From the human T2T-CHM13v2.0 reference genome, Homo sapiens: a stretch of DNA of 64,000 nt. Where the stretch lies: assembly GCA_009914755.4 (NCBI GenBank), contig CP068257.2, forward strand, positions 8,512,001 through 8,576,000. Reading direction: 5' to 3'. Under the pieces are notes generated by a model, which saw only the letters and a list, made by a program, of their open reading frames with translations, searched no databases and had not been told where the DNA came from. Below, piece after piece: positions 33,601-45,843 of the stretch; the stretch's first letter is position 1; every line of letters begins with the position of its first letter. The translations under genes and the position numbers were made by a program.

Positions 33601-36600
33601 TGGAAATATCTTCACATAAAAACTGCACAGAAGCATTCTGAGCAACTTCTTTGTGATGTGTGCATTCAACTAACAGAGTTGAACTTATTTTTTGATTGAG
33701 CAGTTGTGAAAGTCTCTTTTTGTAGTATCTGCAAGTGAATATTTGGAGCCCTTTGCAGCCTATGGTGGAAATGGAAATATCTTCACATAAAAACTACACA
33801 GAAGTATCCCGAGAAACTTCTTTGTTATGTGTTCATTCATCTCACAGAGTTGAAACTTTCTTTTGTTTGAGTAGTATCGAAACACTCTTTTTTGTAGACT
33901 GTGCATGTGGATATTTACAGGGCTTTGAGGACTATTGTGGAAAAGGAAGTATCTTCACATAAAAATTATGCAGAAGCATTCAGATAAATTTATTGTGATG
34001 TGTGCATTCCTTTAACAGAGTTGAAACTTTGTTTTGATTGAGCATTTTTGAAACACTCTTCTTGTAGAATCTGCAAGTGGATATTTGGAGCTCTTTGATG
34101 ACTATTGTGGAAAAGGTAATATCTTCACTTAAAAACTAAACAGAAACATTCTGAGAAACTTCTTTATGATGTATGCATTCATCTCACAGAATTGAACTCT
34201 TCTTTTGATTGAGCAGTTTGGAAACACGCTTTTTCTAGAATCTATAAGTGGATATTTGGAGCTCCTTGAGGCCTATTTTGGAAAAGGATATATCTTCACA
34301 TAAAAACTACACAGAAGCATTCTGAGAAACTGCATTGTGATGTGTGCATTCATCTCACAGATTTGAACTTTTCTTTGATTGAGCAGTTTTGAAACACTCT
34401 TTTTGTAGAATCTGCAAGTGGATATTTGGAGCGCTTTTAGGCCTATTGTGGAAAAGAAAATATCATCACATAAAAACTATAGAGAATCATTCTGTGAAAC
34501 TTCTTTGCGTTGTGTTTACTCACCTCATGGAGTTGAAGTTTTCTTTTGATTGAGCAGTTTGGAAACACTCTTTTTGTAGAATCTGCAAGTGGATAGTTGG
34601 AGTGCTTTTAGGCCTACGGTTGAAAAGGAAATATCTTCACATAAAAACTACTCGGAAGTGTTCTGAGAAACTTCTTTGTGATGTGTGCATTCACCTCACA
34701 GGGTTGAAACTTTCTTTTGATTGAGCAGTTTTGAAACACTCTTTTTCTAGAATGTGCAAGTGGATATTTGCAGGGCTTTGTTGACTATTGTGGAAAGGGA
34801 AGTATGTTCACATAAAAATTACACAGAAGCATTCTGAGAAATTTCTTGTGAAGTGTGCATTCACTTCACAGAGTTGAAACTTTCTTTTGATTGAGCATTT
34901 TTGAAACACTCTTCTTGTACAATCTGCAAGTGGATATTTGAAGCCCTTTGAGGCCTATTGTGGGAAAGGAAATATCTTCACATAAAAAGTAATCAGAAAC
35001 ATTCTGAGAAACTTCTTTGTGATGTATGCATTCATCTCACAGAATTGAACCCTTCTTTTCATTAGCACTTTGGAAACTCTCTTTTTGTAGAGTCTAGAAG
35101 TGGACATTTGGAGCTCTTTGAGGTCTATTGTGGAAAATGAAATATCTTCACATAAAAACTACACAGAAGCATTCTTAGAAAGTTCTTTGTGATGTGTGCT
35201 TTCAACTCACAAAATTGAAACTTTTTTTGATTGAGCAGTGTTGAAACACTCTTTTTGTAGAATCTGCAAGTGGATATTAGGAGTGCTTTGAGGCCAATTG
35301 TGGAAAAGGAAATATCTTCACATAAAAACTACACAGAATCATTCTGTGAAACTTATTTGCGAGGTGTTTACTCATCTCACAGAGTTGAAGTTTTCTTTTG
35401 AATGAGCAGTTTGGAAACACTCTTTTTGTAGAATCTGCAAGTGGTTAGTTGGAGCGATTTGAGGTCTATGGTGTAAAAGGAAATATCTTCACATAAAAAC
35501 TACACGGAAGCATTCTGAGAAACTTCTTGGTGATGTTGCATTCATCTCACAGAGTAGAACATTTCTTTTGATTGAGCATTTTTGAAACACAGTTTTTGTA
35601 GAATCTGCAAGTGGATATTTGGAGAGGTTTGAGGACTATTGTGGAAAAGGAAGTATCTTCACAAGAAAAGTAAACAGAATCATTCTGGGAAATGTCTTGT
35701 GACGTGTGCATTCATCTCACAGAGTGCTTTGAGGCCCATTGTGGAAAAGGAAATATCTTCACATGAAAACTACAAAGAAGCATTCTGAGAAACTTCTTTG
35801 TGATTTTTGCATTCATCTCACGGTGTTTTACCATTCTTTTGTTTGAGCAGTTTGAAAACACTCTTTTAGTAGAATCTAAAAGTGGATATTTAGAGCGCTT
35901 TGAGGACTATTGTGGAAATTGAAATATCTTCACATAAAAACTACACAGAAGCATTCTGAGAAACTTCTTTGTGATGTGTGCATTCAACTCACAGAGTTGT
36001 ACCTATCTATTGGTAGAGGATTTTAGAAACTCTCTTTTTGGAGAATCTGCAAGTGAATATTTGGAGCCCTTTGTGGCCTACTGTGTAAAAGGAAATACCT
36101 TCACATAAAAACTACACAGAAGCACTCTGAGAAACTTCTTTGTGATGTGCGCATTCATCTCACAGATTTGAACCTTTCTTTAGACTGAACAGTTTAGAAA
36201 CTCTCTTTTAATAGAATAAGCAAGTGGATATTTGAAACACTTTGAGGCCTAATGTGGAAGAGAAAATATCTTCACATAAAAATGACACAGAAGCATTCTG
36301 ATAAACTACTTTGTGATGAGTCCATTAATCTCACGAAGTTGAACCTTTCTTTTCTTTGAGCAGTTTGGAAACAATCTTTACAGAATCTGCAGGTGGATAT
36401 TTGGAGCGCTTTGAAACAAATTGTGGAAAAGGAAATATCTTCACATAAAAACTGCACAGAAGCATTCTGAGAAACTTCTTTATGATGTGTGCATTCAACT
36501 CACAGACTTGAACTTTTCTTTTGATTGAACAGTTTTGAAACACTCTTTTTGTAGATTCTGCAAGTGTATATTTGTAGCCCTTTGAGGCCTACTGTGGAAA

Positions 36601-38070
36601 AGGAAATATCTGCACATAAAAACCACACAGAAGCATTCTGAGAAACTTCTTTGCGATGCGTGCATTCCCCTCAAAGAGTTGAATCTCTCTTTTGATTGAG
36701 CACTTTTGAAACCCCCTTTTTGTAGAATCTGCAAGGGGATATTTGGAGCCCTTTAAGGCCTATTTTGGAAAAGGAAATATCTTCACATAAAAACTACACA
36801 AAAGTATTGTGAGAAACTTCTTCATGATGTGTGATTTCGTCTCATAGAGTTGAACCTTTCTTTTCATTGATCAGTTTGGAAACACTCTTTTTGTAACATC
36901 TGCAGGTGGATGTTTGGAGCACTTTGTGGCGAATGGTGTAAAAGGAAATATCTTTAAATAAAAAGTACACAGAGGCATTCTGAGACACCTCTTTGAGATG
37001 TGTGCATTCAAGTCACCGGGTTGAGCCTATCTTTTTATAGAGCAGTTTTGAAACTCTATCTTTGCAGATTCTGTAAGTGGATACTTGGTGCATTGTGCAG
37101 CCAAGTGTGAAAAAGGAAATATCTTCACATAAAAACCACACAAAATAATTCTGAGAAACTTCTTTGTGTTGTGTGTATTCATCTCACAAAGCTGAACCTT
37201 TCTTTTGATTAAGCAGTTTTGAAACACTCATTTTGTAGAATGTGCAAGTCAATGTTTCGAGCACTTTGAGGCCTATTGTGGAAAAGGAAATATCTTCACA
37301 TAAAAACTACAAAGAAGCATTGTGAGAAACTACTTTGTGACGTGTGCATTCATCACACAGAGTTGAACCTTTCTTTTTATTGAGCAGTTTGGTAACACTC
37401 TTTTTGTAGAATCTCCAAGGGGATATTTTTAGCGCTTTGAGATCTTTGGTGGAAAAGGAAATATCTTCACATAGAAACTACACAGAAGCATTCTGAGAAA
37501 CTTATTTGGGATGTGTGCATTCATCTCACCGAGTTGAATCTATCCTTTGATTGAGCAGTTTTTAATTGCTCTTTTTGTAGAATCTGCAAGTGGATATTTG
37601 GAGCACATTTAGACCTATGGTGGAAAAGGAAACATCCTCACATAAAAACTACGAAGAAGCATTCTGAGAAACGTCTTTGTAATGTGTGCATTCATCTCAC
37701 AGAGTTGAACCTTTCTTTTGATTGAGCAGTTTCGAAACACTCTTTTTGTAGAATTTGGATGTGTATATTTGGAGTGCTTTGTGGCCTGTTGTGGAAAAGA
37801 AAATATCTTCACATAAACACTAGACAGAAGCATTCTGAGAAACTTTTTTGTGATGTCTGCATTCGACTCACACAGCTGAACCTATCTTTTGATTGAGAAG
37901 TTTTGATTCTCTCTTTTTGTAAAATCTGCAAGTGGATATTTGCAGACCTTTCTGGCCTATTTTGGAAAAGGAAACATCTTCACATAAAAAATAGAAGCAT
38001 TCTGAGAAACTTCTTTGTGATGTGTGCGTTCATCTCAAAAAGTTGAACATTTCTTTTGATTGAGCAGTTT
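30625..38070 (+). repeat. Alpha satellite, forward orientation ('ctacacag / gtggatatttgg' monomer class); first 139 bp is the downstream copy of the long duplication
   Basis: Continuous ~171-bp monomers, e.g. …aaaactacacagaagcattctgagaaacttctttgtgatgtgtgcattcaactcacagagttgaacctatcttttgattgagcagttttgaaactctctttttgtagaatctgcaagtggatatttggagc…. Confidence 0.95.
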
Positions 38071-38458
38071 CTATTATTATTATTATACTTTAAGTTTTAG
38101 GGTACATGTGCACATTGTGCAGGTTAGTTACATATGTATACGTGTGCCATGCTGGTGCGCTGCACCCACTAACTCATCATATAGCATTAGGTATATATCC
38201 CAATGCTATCCCTCCCCCCTCCTCCCACCCCACAACAGTCCCCAGAGTGTGATGTTCCCCTTCCTGTGTCCATGTGATTTCATTTTTCAATTCCCACCTA
38301 TAAGTGAGAATATGCGGTGTTTGGTTTTTTGTTCTTGTGATAGTTTACTGAGAATGATGACTTCCAATTTCATCCATGTCCCTAAAAAGGATATGAACTC
38401 ATCATTTTTTATGGCTGCATAGTATTCCATGGTGTATATAGACTGGATCAAGAAGATT
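38071..38458 (-). mobile_element. L1 3'-end fragment (~370 bp) with a ~20-bp inverted 5' piece; 9-bp target-site duplication
   Basis: 38071-38087 is the rc of an A-rich tail (ctattattattattata). 38088-38440 is the rc of the L1 3'UTR and the ORF2 end (ctttaagttttagggtacatgtgcacattgtgcaggttagttacatatgtatacgtgtgccatgctggtg … ggctgcatagtattccatggtgtatata). 38439-38458 ('atagactggatcaagaagatt') is sense-orientation L1 (cf. atagactggattaagaaaatg) and lies ~7 nt upstream of where the antisense segment starts in L1 coordinates. The alpha satellite flanks 'tgagcagttt' (38061-38070) and 'tagcagtttt' (38459-38468) form the TSD. Confidence 0.85.
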
Positions 38459-39830
38459 TAGCAGTTTTTAAAAAATCTTTTTGTAGTGTCTGCAAGGGGA
38501 TATTTGGAGCGTTTTGGGGCCTATTGTGGAAAAGGAACTATCTTCACATAAAAACTAGACAGAAGCATTCTGAGAAACTTTTGGTGGTCTGTGCATTCAA
38601 CTCACAGATTTCAGCCTTTCTTTTGATTGAACAGTTTTGAAACATTCTTTTTGTAATATCTGTAAATGGATATTTGAAGCGGTTTGAGGTCTATCTTGGA
38701 AAAGGAAATATCTTCACATATAAACTAGACAGAAGCATTCTGAGAAACTTCTCTGTGATAAGTGCCTTCATCTCATAGAGTTGAACCTTTCTTTTGATTG
38801 AGCAGTTTTGAAACACTCTTTTTGTTGTATATGCAAGTGGGTATTTGGAGCGATTTGTGGTCTATGGTGGAAAAGGAAATATCTTCACATAAAAACTAGA
38901 AGGAAACACTCTGAGAAACTTCTTTGTGATGTGTGCATTCATCTCACCAAGCTGAACCATTCTTTTGATGGAGCTGTTTTGAAATACTCTTTTTGTAGGA
39001 TCTGCAAGTGGATATTTGGAGTGCTTTCAGGTCTGTGGTGGAAAAGGAAATATCTTCACATAAAAACTAGACAGAAGTATTCTGAGAAACTTCTTTGTAA
39101 TGTGTGCATTCATCTCACAGTGTTGAAACTTTCTTTTGATTGAGGGTTTTGAAACAGTCTTTTTGATACAACTGCAAGTGGATATTTGGAGCGAATTGTG
39201 GCCTATGGTTTAAAAGGAAATATCTTCACATAAAAACTAGACAGAAGCCTTCTGAGAAACTTCTTTGTGATGTGTGCGTTCATCTCACTGGGTTGAATCT
39301 TTCCTTTCATCGAGCAGTATTGAAACACCCTTTTTGTAGAATCTGAAAGTAGATATTTGGAGCGATTGTGTCCTATGGTAGTAAAGGAAATATTTTCACA
39401 GAAAAACTAGACAGAAGCATTCTGCAAAACTTCCTCGTGTTGTTTTCACTTATCTCACCAAATTGAACCATTGTTTTCATTGAGCAGATTTGATACACTC
39501 TTTTTGTAGCATGTGCAAGTGAATATTTGGAACGCTTTGATGAGTATGACGGAAAAGGAAATACCTTCACATATAAACTAGACAGAAGCATTCTGAGAAA
39601 CTTCTCTGTGATGTGTGCACTCATCTCACAGAGTTGAACCTTTCTTTTGATCGAGTAGTTTTGAAACACTCTTTTTGTACCATCTGCAAGTGTATATTTG
39701 GAGCGTTTTGCCTCCTATGGTGGAAAAGGAAATATCTTCACATAAAAACTAGACAGATGCATTCTGAGAAACTTCTTTGTGATATGTGCATTCATGTCAC
39801 AGAGGTGAACTTCTAGTGTTTTGGACTCAT
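38459..39830 (+). repeat. Alpha satellite, last ~8 monomers; the distal edge of the array is at ~39810-39830
   Basis: Monomers continue to '…gatatgtgcattcatgtcacagaggtgaacttctagtgttttggactcatcc'. The last recognisable alphoid motif is degenerate, and after it comes non-satellite sequence (aagcctcaacattagttttaaggctcc…). Confidence 0.9.
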
Positions 39831-40733
39831 CCAAGCCTCAACATTAGTTTTAAGGCTCCTTGTTCTTTCCAGCAGGAGAAAAATGAACATGCAAAGCTCT
39901 CAGGCTCATTGTTATAATCCTCTCAAGGATCAGTCTCATTAGCAGACAGCAGAGTCTTGATCCCTTGTTTCACCAAACTAACCACTTGGCTGAGAGAAGT
40001 TGCTCTTAGTCCTAGGGGAACTTCTCATAACCTTTGCAAGCTCTTCAAGTATTTGTGTATTTTCCCCTTTCAGAAAGTTGTGTTTATCTCAGCATCCCAT
40101 TGTCATCTCCAAAATTAAATAATTGTGAAGGATCTAAGATTTCATCCTATTTGTAAACAAACCTATTAATCTTCCATTTTCATGGATGCTGGTAGAAGGC
40201 ATAAGGCACTGAAGTATGAAAACAAACCTACTATTTACTGTCTACCTGGAGGCAAAAGCCTCATTTTTGTATTAGTTCTCCTTGTCCATACTACATTTTT
40301 TAGAGGGATTTCAAAAGGCTCAGATGGACATTGCACATGGGGAAGATTTGTGTCACAGCTGAGCAGACTCAAGACTAAGAAACCTCAATCTTCTTAAAGT
40401 AGGTTACATGCAAACCTGTCCAACCTTTGCCTCACAGAGAAAAATTGTCTTTATTATATTGATTGAGTAATTTATCTGCCATTCACCTGAAGAGAAAAAC
40501 TACTACCCTTTTTCCAGGTTATTTGTGTACAAAAATCTTTGAAAAATAGCCTGGAACAGGACAGGTATGTGATGTAAGACACAAAAAAATGACAAACTCT
40601 AAGAGACTTTTATAGAACTACATCTCAGTAGCATGCATCTTTTCCATAAAATGTTGCACTAAACAATCCTGTGATGAAAAAATTCCATTGAAGATTTTTG
40701 ACATGAAGACTAACTTTTGTTGTTTTGTGTTGT

Positions 40734-40942
40734 GGGATTGTTCAAGTGATTCTCCTGTGTCAGCCTCCAAAGTAGCTGGAGTACAGGCTCCCACTACCAC
40801 ACTCAGCTTATTTTTCTATTTTTAGTAGAGACGGGGTTTTACCATGTTGGTCAGGGTGGTCTCGAACTCATGATCTCAGGTGGTCCACCTGCCTTGGCCT
40901 CACAAAGTGCTAGGAATATAGGCATGAGCCACCATGCCCGGC
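40734..40942 (-). mobile_element. Alu fragment (5' ~210 bp of an Alu in reverse orientation; the 3' end and tail are missing)
   Basis: The rc of ggccgggcatggtggctcatgcctatattcctagcactttgtgaggccaaggcaggtggaccacctgagatcatgagttcgagaccaccctgaccaacatggtaaaaccccgtctctactaaaaatagaaaaataagctgagtgtggtagtgggagcctgtactccagctactttggaggctgacacaggagaatcacttgaa. Confidence 0.9.
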
Positions 40943-40999
40943 CCCAGAAATGAAAGTTCTATGTGTGAAGTAATGTAATTCTGACTGATAAATGACAGG

Positions 41000-41900
41000 T
41001 GACAGTAAGTGAAAATCTAACACAATTCAACCTTTTTACATATTTAGACATATTGTAACTTGTTAGCTTATTGGAAAAAGTTAAATGACTACCAATTTAT
41101 ACGGCATATTTATTCTGAATGAATTGCTAATCTAGATTTGAGAGATGAAATAATTATTTTTACAACACAGAAACATAAAGTGCATTTCCATATACCAACA
41201 ATGAACAATTTGACAGTAAATTAATAAAACAATTGTTTGCAACATTAAAATAATATAATTCTTAGAAATAAATTTAATAAGAAGGTACATATTTTGTACA
41301 ATAAAAAATACAGGATCAGAATATTTATGAAAAAAACTAAAAAGGAGTTAAATAACTGGCAACAAATTCCATGTTCCTGAACCGGAAGACTTAATGAAGT
41401 TAAGATGACAATACTACTACCCAAAGTAGTGTACAGATGTACTGTAATCCCAATTTTTAATTTTTCCAACTTTTCTTTTGCAAAAACAAAATAACTCATT
41501 TAAAACTTCATATGGAATTTGAAAATCCTCTGAATGTACAGAATAATCTTGAAAGGAAGAACAAAATTAGATGGCTCACAATTTTAAATTTGAAAACATA
41601 CAAAGCTACTATAATTATAACAGTTTGCTAGTGGCGTAAGAACAATTGTAGAGATCAAATAAATAAAATAGATAATCCAAAAAACCCTTGCATAAATTAT
41701 TGATTGTCTTTCGACAAGGGTGCCTTAATCATTATGTAAAGAAAAGGACAGTTTGTTCCACAATAAATGCTGGGAAAACAAGTCCACATTGAAACCAGTA
41801 AAGTTGAATCTTTATCACATTCCAAGTACAAAAATTAAATAAAAATAGATTAAAGACATAAGTGTTCAACTTTAGTGGTTTCTAATGGTTGTTTTTATTT
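41000..41900 (+). mobile_element. Ancient L1 (L1M/L1PB-like) ORF2 fragment, heavily diverged
   Basis: Nucleotide-level similarity to L1 ORF2 at roughly aa 650-1040. For example 'ataactggcaacaaattccatgttcctgaaccggaagacttaatgaagttaagatgacaatactacccaaagtagtgtacagatgtactgtaatccc' corresponds to 'aaatggaaagacatcccatgttcatggattggaagaattaatattgttaagatgtcaatactacccaaagcaatctacagattcaatgcaatccc', and '…ttgattgtctttcgacaagggtgcc…gttccacaataaatgctgggaaaaca' corresponds to 'LIFDKGAK…[10 protein letters not shown]'. Boundaries are approximate. Confidence 0.6.
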
Positions 41901-42259
41901 ATGTGGGGTCAGTACTAACATGAACACCTTTATACACACAAACTAGAAAACTTTAAAGAAATGGATACATTACTAGATATACACACTCTCCCAAGATTAA
42001 GCCAGGAAGACAATTATTTCCTGAATGGACCAATAAAAAGCTCTGATATTATATAGGTAATAAGTAGCTTGCCAATCAAAAAAATAAAAGCCCTGGACTT
42101 TCTGGATTTACAGCCAAATTCTACCAAATGTACAAGGGAGAGCTGGTACAATTCCTACAGAAACTATCCCCAAAAATTGAGGAGGACGGTCTCCTCCCCA
42201 ACTCATTCTATAAGGACAGCATGATCTTGACACCAAAACCTGGCAGAGACACAACAAAA

Positions 42260-42446
42260 ACACAAAATTAGCCGGGCTTGGTAGCAGACACCTGTAGTCC
42301 CAGCTACTTGGGAGGCTGAGGCAGGAGAATGGCATGAACCCAGGAGGCGGAGCTTGCATTAAGCAGAGATTGCACCAGTGCACTCCAGCCTGGGCAACAG
42401 AGGGAGACTCCATCAAAAAAAAAAAAAAAAGAAAGAAAGAAAGAAA
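42260..42446 (+). mobile_element. 5'-truncated Alu (right arm plus A-tail with a (GAAA)n extension) inserted in the old L1
   Basis: aaaattagccgggcttggtagcagacacctgtagtcccagctacttgggaggctgaggcaggagaatggcatgaacccaggaggcggagcttgcattaagcagagattgcaccagtgcactccagcctgggcaacagagggagactccatcaaaaaaaaaaaaaaagaaagaaagaaagaaaag. The L1 sequence resumes at 'aaaacttcaggccaatattc'. Confidence 0.88.
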
Positions 42447-43336
42447 AGAAAACTTCAGGCCAATATTCTTGACAAACATCAATACAAAAGTTCTCAGAAA
42501 AATATTTGTAAACCAAATCCAGCAGCACATCAAACAGGTAATCCGTCATTATCAAGTAGGCTGCCTCCTTAGGATGCAAGGTTGGCCCAGCATGTGCAAA
42601 TCAATAAATGTAATACATCACATAAACATAACTAAAAACAAAAAACAGACGATTATCCCAATAGATACAGAAAATAATAAAAGCTGTGTATAAAAAACCC
42701 ACAGCCAACAATCTGTTGAATGGGCAAAGTTGGGAGCTTTTTTTTTGAAAACCAGCACAAGGCAAGAATGCCCTCTCTCACCATTTCTATTCAACATAGT
42801 ATTGAAAGTCCTGACCAGAGCAATCAGGCTAGAGAAAGAAATACAAAAAGCATCCAAATAGGAAGAGAGAAAGCCAAACTATTTCTGTTTGCAGATAACA
42901 TAATTCTATATCTAGAAAACCCTGTAGTTTCAGGTACAAAGCTTCTTTAGTTAACAAACAACTTCAGCGAATTTTCAAGATACTAAATCAATGTGCAAAG
43001 ATCACTAACATTTCTCTACACCAATGATAACCACACTGACAGCAAAATCAGAAAGGCCATCCCATTCACAATTGCCACAAAAATGATAAAATACCTGGAA
43101 ATGCAGCTCACCAGGGAGGTGAAAGAGCTCTACAATGAGAATTAAAAAACACTGCTCAAATAAATCAGAGAAGACACAAACAAATGGAAAACCACCTCAT
43201 GCTCATGGATAGGAAGATCCAATATAACTAAAATGGCTATACTTCACAAAGCAATTGACAGATTTAATGCTATTTCCATCAAACTGCCAATAAAATTTTT
43301 TACAGATCTAGAAAAAACTATTTTAAAATTCGTATA

Positions 43337-43632
43337 GGCTGGGTGCAGTGGCTCATGCCTGTAATCCCAGCACTCTGGGAGGCCAAGGGGTGCAGATCAT
43401 GAGGTCAGGAGATCGAGACCATCATGGCCAACATGGTGAAACTCCTTCTCAACTAAAAATACAAAAAATAGCTGGGTGAAGTGGCAAGCGCTTGTAATCC
43501 CAGCTACTCGGGAGGCTGAGGCAGGAGAATTCATTGAACCAGGGAGTCAGAGGTTGCAGTGAGCTGAGATTGCACCACTGCACTCCAGCCTGATGACAGA
43601 GTGACATTCCATCAAAAAAAATTATATATATG
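43337..43632 (+). mobile_element. Full-length Alu (AluS/Y-like) with A-rich tail, inserted in the old L1
   Basis: ggctgggtgcagtggctcatgcctgtaatcccagcactctgggaggccaagg…gagatcgagaccatc…ggccaacatggtgaaactcc…aaaatagctgggtgaagtggcaagcgcttgtaatcccagctactcgggaggctgaggcaggagaattcattgaacc…tgcaccactgcactccagcctgatgacagagtgacattccatcaaaaaaaattatatatatg. Confidence 0.92.
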
Positions 43633-44400
43633 AAACCAAAAAGGAGCACACATAGCCAAGGCAATCCCAAGCAAAAAAGAACAAAGCTGCAGGCATCAGG
43701 TTGCCTGGCTTCAAATTACACTACAGGGCTATAGTAATGAAAACAGCATAACACTGATACAAAAACAGACACATAGACAAATGGAGCAGAATAGAGAGCC
43801 CAGAAACAAGGCTGCACATCTATGCCATGTGATAATTGACAAGGCTGACAAAAACAAGCAGTGAGAAAAAGATTATTTATTCAATAAGTGGTGCTGGAAT
43901 AATTGGCTGGCAACATGTGGAAGATTGAAGCTGGACCCCTTATTTATATCATATACAAAAAAAAATCAACTCAAGACTGATTAAAGACTTAAATATAAAA
44001 TCTTTATGTATAAAAACCATGAAAGACAATCCAGGCAATACCATCCTGGATATAGGAATGGGCAAAGATTTCATGATAGAAAGACCAAAAGCAACAGCAA
44101 GAAAAGCAAAAATTAACAAGTAGGATTTAATTAAAGTAAAGAGATTTTGCATAGCAGAAAAAAAACTATTAACAGAGTAAACAGAAAACCTATGGAGTGG
44201 AAAAAAATATTTGTAAACTATCCATCTAACAAAGGTCTAATATCTAGCATCTATAAGGAACTTAAATTTACAAAAGAAAAACAACCCCATTAAAAAGTGG
44301 GCAAAGACAATGGACAGTTTTCGAAAGAAGACATACATGAGGCCAAGAAGTGTATGAGAAAAAGCTCAGCATCAATGATAGTTAGAGAAATGAAAATTAA

Positions 44401-44597
44401 GTGATCCTTGTGCCTCAGTCTCCCAAATAGCTGGGACTACAAGCAAGCACCACAATGCCCAGACAATTTTTGAATTTTTAGTAGAGATGGGATTTTGCCA
44501 TGTTTCCATGGCTGGTCTTGAACTCCTGAGCTTAAGTGATCAGCCTGCCTCAGCCTCCCAAAGTTTTGGGATTACAAGTGTGAGCCACCATGCCTGG
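44401..44597 (-). mobile_element. Alu fragment (5' ~200 bp, reverse orientation) inside the old L1
   Basis: gtgatccttgtgcctcagtctcccaaatagctgggactacaagcaagcaccacaatgcccagacaatttttgaatttttagtagagatgggattttgccatgtttccatggctggtcttgaactcctgagcttaagtgatcagcctgcctcagcctcccaaagttttgggattacaagtgtgagccaccatgcctgg. Confidence 0.9.
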
Positions 44598-45843
44598 ACT
44601 CCATTATTCAATCTAAGAACTGCATGCAGAAATGTGTTCAGGTTTTAAAATTTTATTCACTTCTGCACTGATACTTTCAAACCAAATTTTATAGCAGCAT
44701 CATTTACAGTAAAAAATTTAAAAAGAAATCCAGATATCTTCTAAGAGTCAAACAGACAAAGAAAATATGGTATATACACACAACAGAATATTATTTATCC
44801 TTAAAATGAATGTGGGGGGGAGGAGCCAAGAAGGCCGAATAGGAACAGCTCCGCTCTACAGCTCCCAGTGTGAGTGACGCAGAAGATGGGTGATTTCTGC
44901 ATTTCCAACTGAGGTACCAGGTTCAACTCACTGGGGAGTGCCAGACAGTAGGTGCAGGACAGTGGGTGCAGTGCACCGTGCATGAGCCGAAGCAGGGCAA
45001 GGCATTGCCTCACCAGCGAAGTGCAAGGGTTCAGGGAATTCCCTTTCCTAGTCAAAGAAAGTGGTGACAGATGGCATCTGGAAAATCGGGTCACTCCCAA
45101 CCTAACACTGCACTTTTCCAACAGGCTTAAAAAATGTCACACCAGGAGATTATATCCTGCACCTGGCTCAGAGAGTCCTACGTCTACAGAGCCTCACTCA
45201 TTGCTAGCACAGCAGTCTAAGATGAAACTGCAAAGTGGCAGTGAGGCTGGGGGAGGTACGCCCGCCATTGCTAAGGCATGAGTAGGTAAACAAAGTGGCC
45301 AGGAAGCGGGAACTGGGTGGAGCCCACCACAGCTCAAGGAGGCCTGCCTGCCTCTGTAGGCTCCACCTCTGGGGACAGGGCACAGACAAACAAAAAGACA
45401 GCAGTAACCGCTGCAGACTTAAATATCCCTCTCTGACAGCTTTGAAGAGTGTAGTGGTTCTCCCAGCTTGCAGCTTGAGATCTGAGAATGGACAGACTGC
45501 CTCCTCAAGTGGGTCTCTGACTCCTGAGTAGCCTAACTGGGAGGCACCCCCCAGTATGGTTGGACTGAAACCTCACACAGCCTGGTACTCTTTTGAGACA
45601 AAATTTCCAGAGGAACAATCAGGCAGCAGCATCTGCGGTTCACCAATATCCGCTGTTCTGCAGTGAGAGCTGCTGATAAGCAGGCAAACAGGGTCTTGAA
45701 TGGACCTCCAGTAAACTCCAACAGACCTGCAGCTGAGGGTACCGACTGTTAGAAGGAAAACTAACAAACAGAAAGGACATTCACACCAAAAACCCATCTG
45801 TACATCACCATCATCAAAGCCCAAGTTAGATAAAACCACAAAG

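Larger units (their letters stand above)
41937..44813 (+). mobile_element. Ancient L1 (L1M/L1PB-like) ORF2 from ~aa 430 to near the 3' end, interrupted by three Alu sequences
   Basis: …aaactagaaaactttaaagaaatggatacattactagatatacacactctcccaagattaagccaggaagacaattatttcctgaatggaccaataaaa… (the [23 protein letters not shown] region), then 'tttctggatttacagccaaattctaccaaatgtacaagggagagctggtacaattcctacagaaactatcc' … 'FADNIILYLENP' … 'aataagtggtgctggaataattggctggcaacatgtggaagattgaagctggaccccttat' … ending with 'tggtatatacacacaacagaatattatttatc' (cf. MWYIYTMEYYSAIK). Divergence from young L1 is high. Confidence 0.8.

Noticed and set aside
42300-42700. ORFs 42108..42533(-), 42334..42693(+) and 42378..42572(+) with lysine-rich or Alu-like peptides (…[22 protein letters not shown]…)
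   Set aside because: These are translations across an Alu right arm, its poly(A)/(GAAA)n tail and flanking old-L1 ORF2 sequence. They are repeat-derived, not genes.
44780-44825. Possible TSD for the full-length L1PA (flanks 'ttaaaatgaatg' and 'aaaagagagga')
   Set aside because: The flanks do not match convincingly. The 5' junction abuts a G-run that belongs to the L1 5' end, and a 3' A-rich tail obscures the other side. The TSD is not callable by eye.
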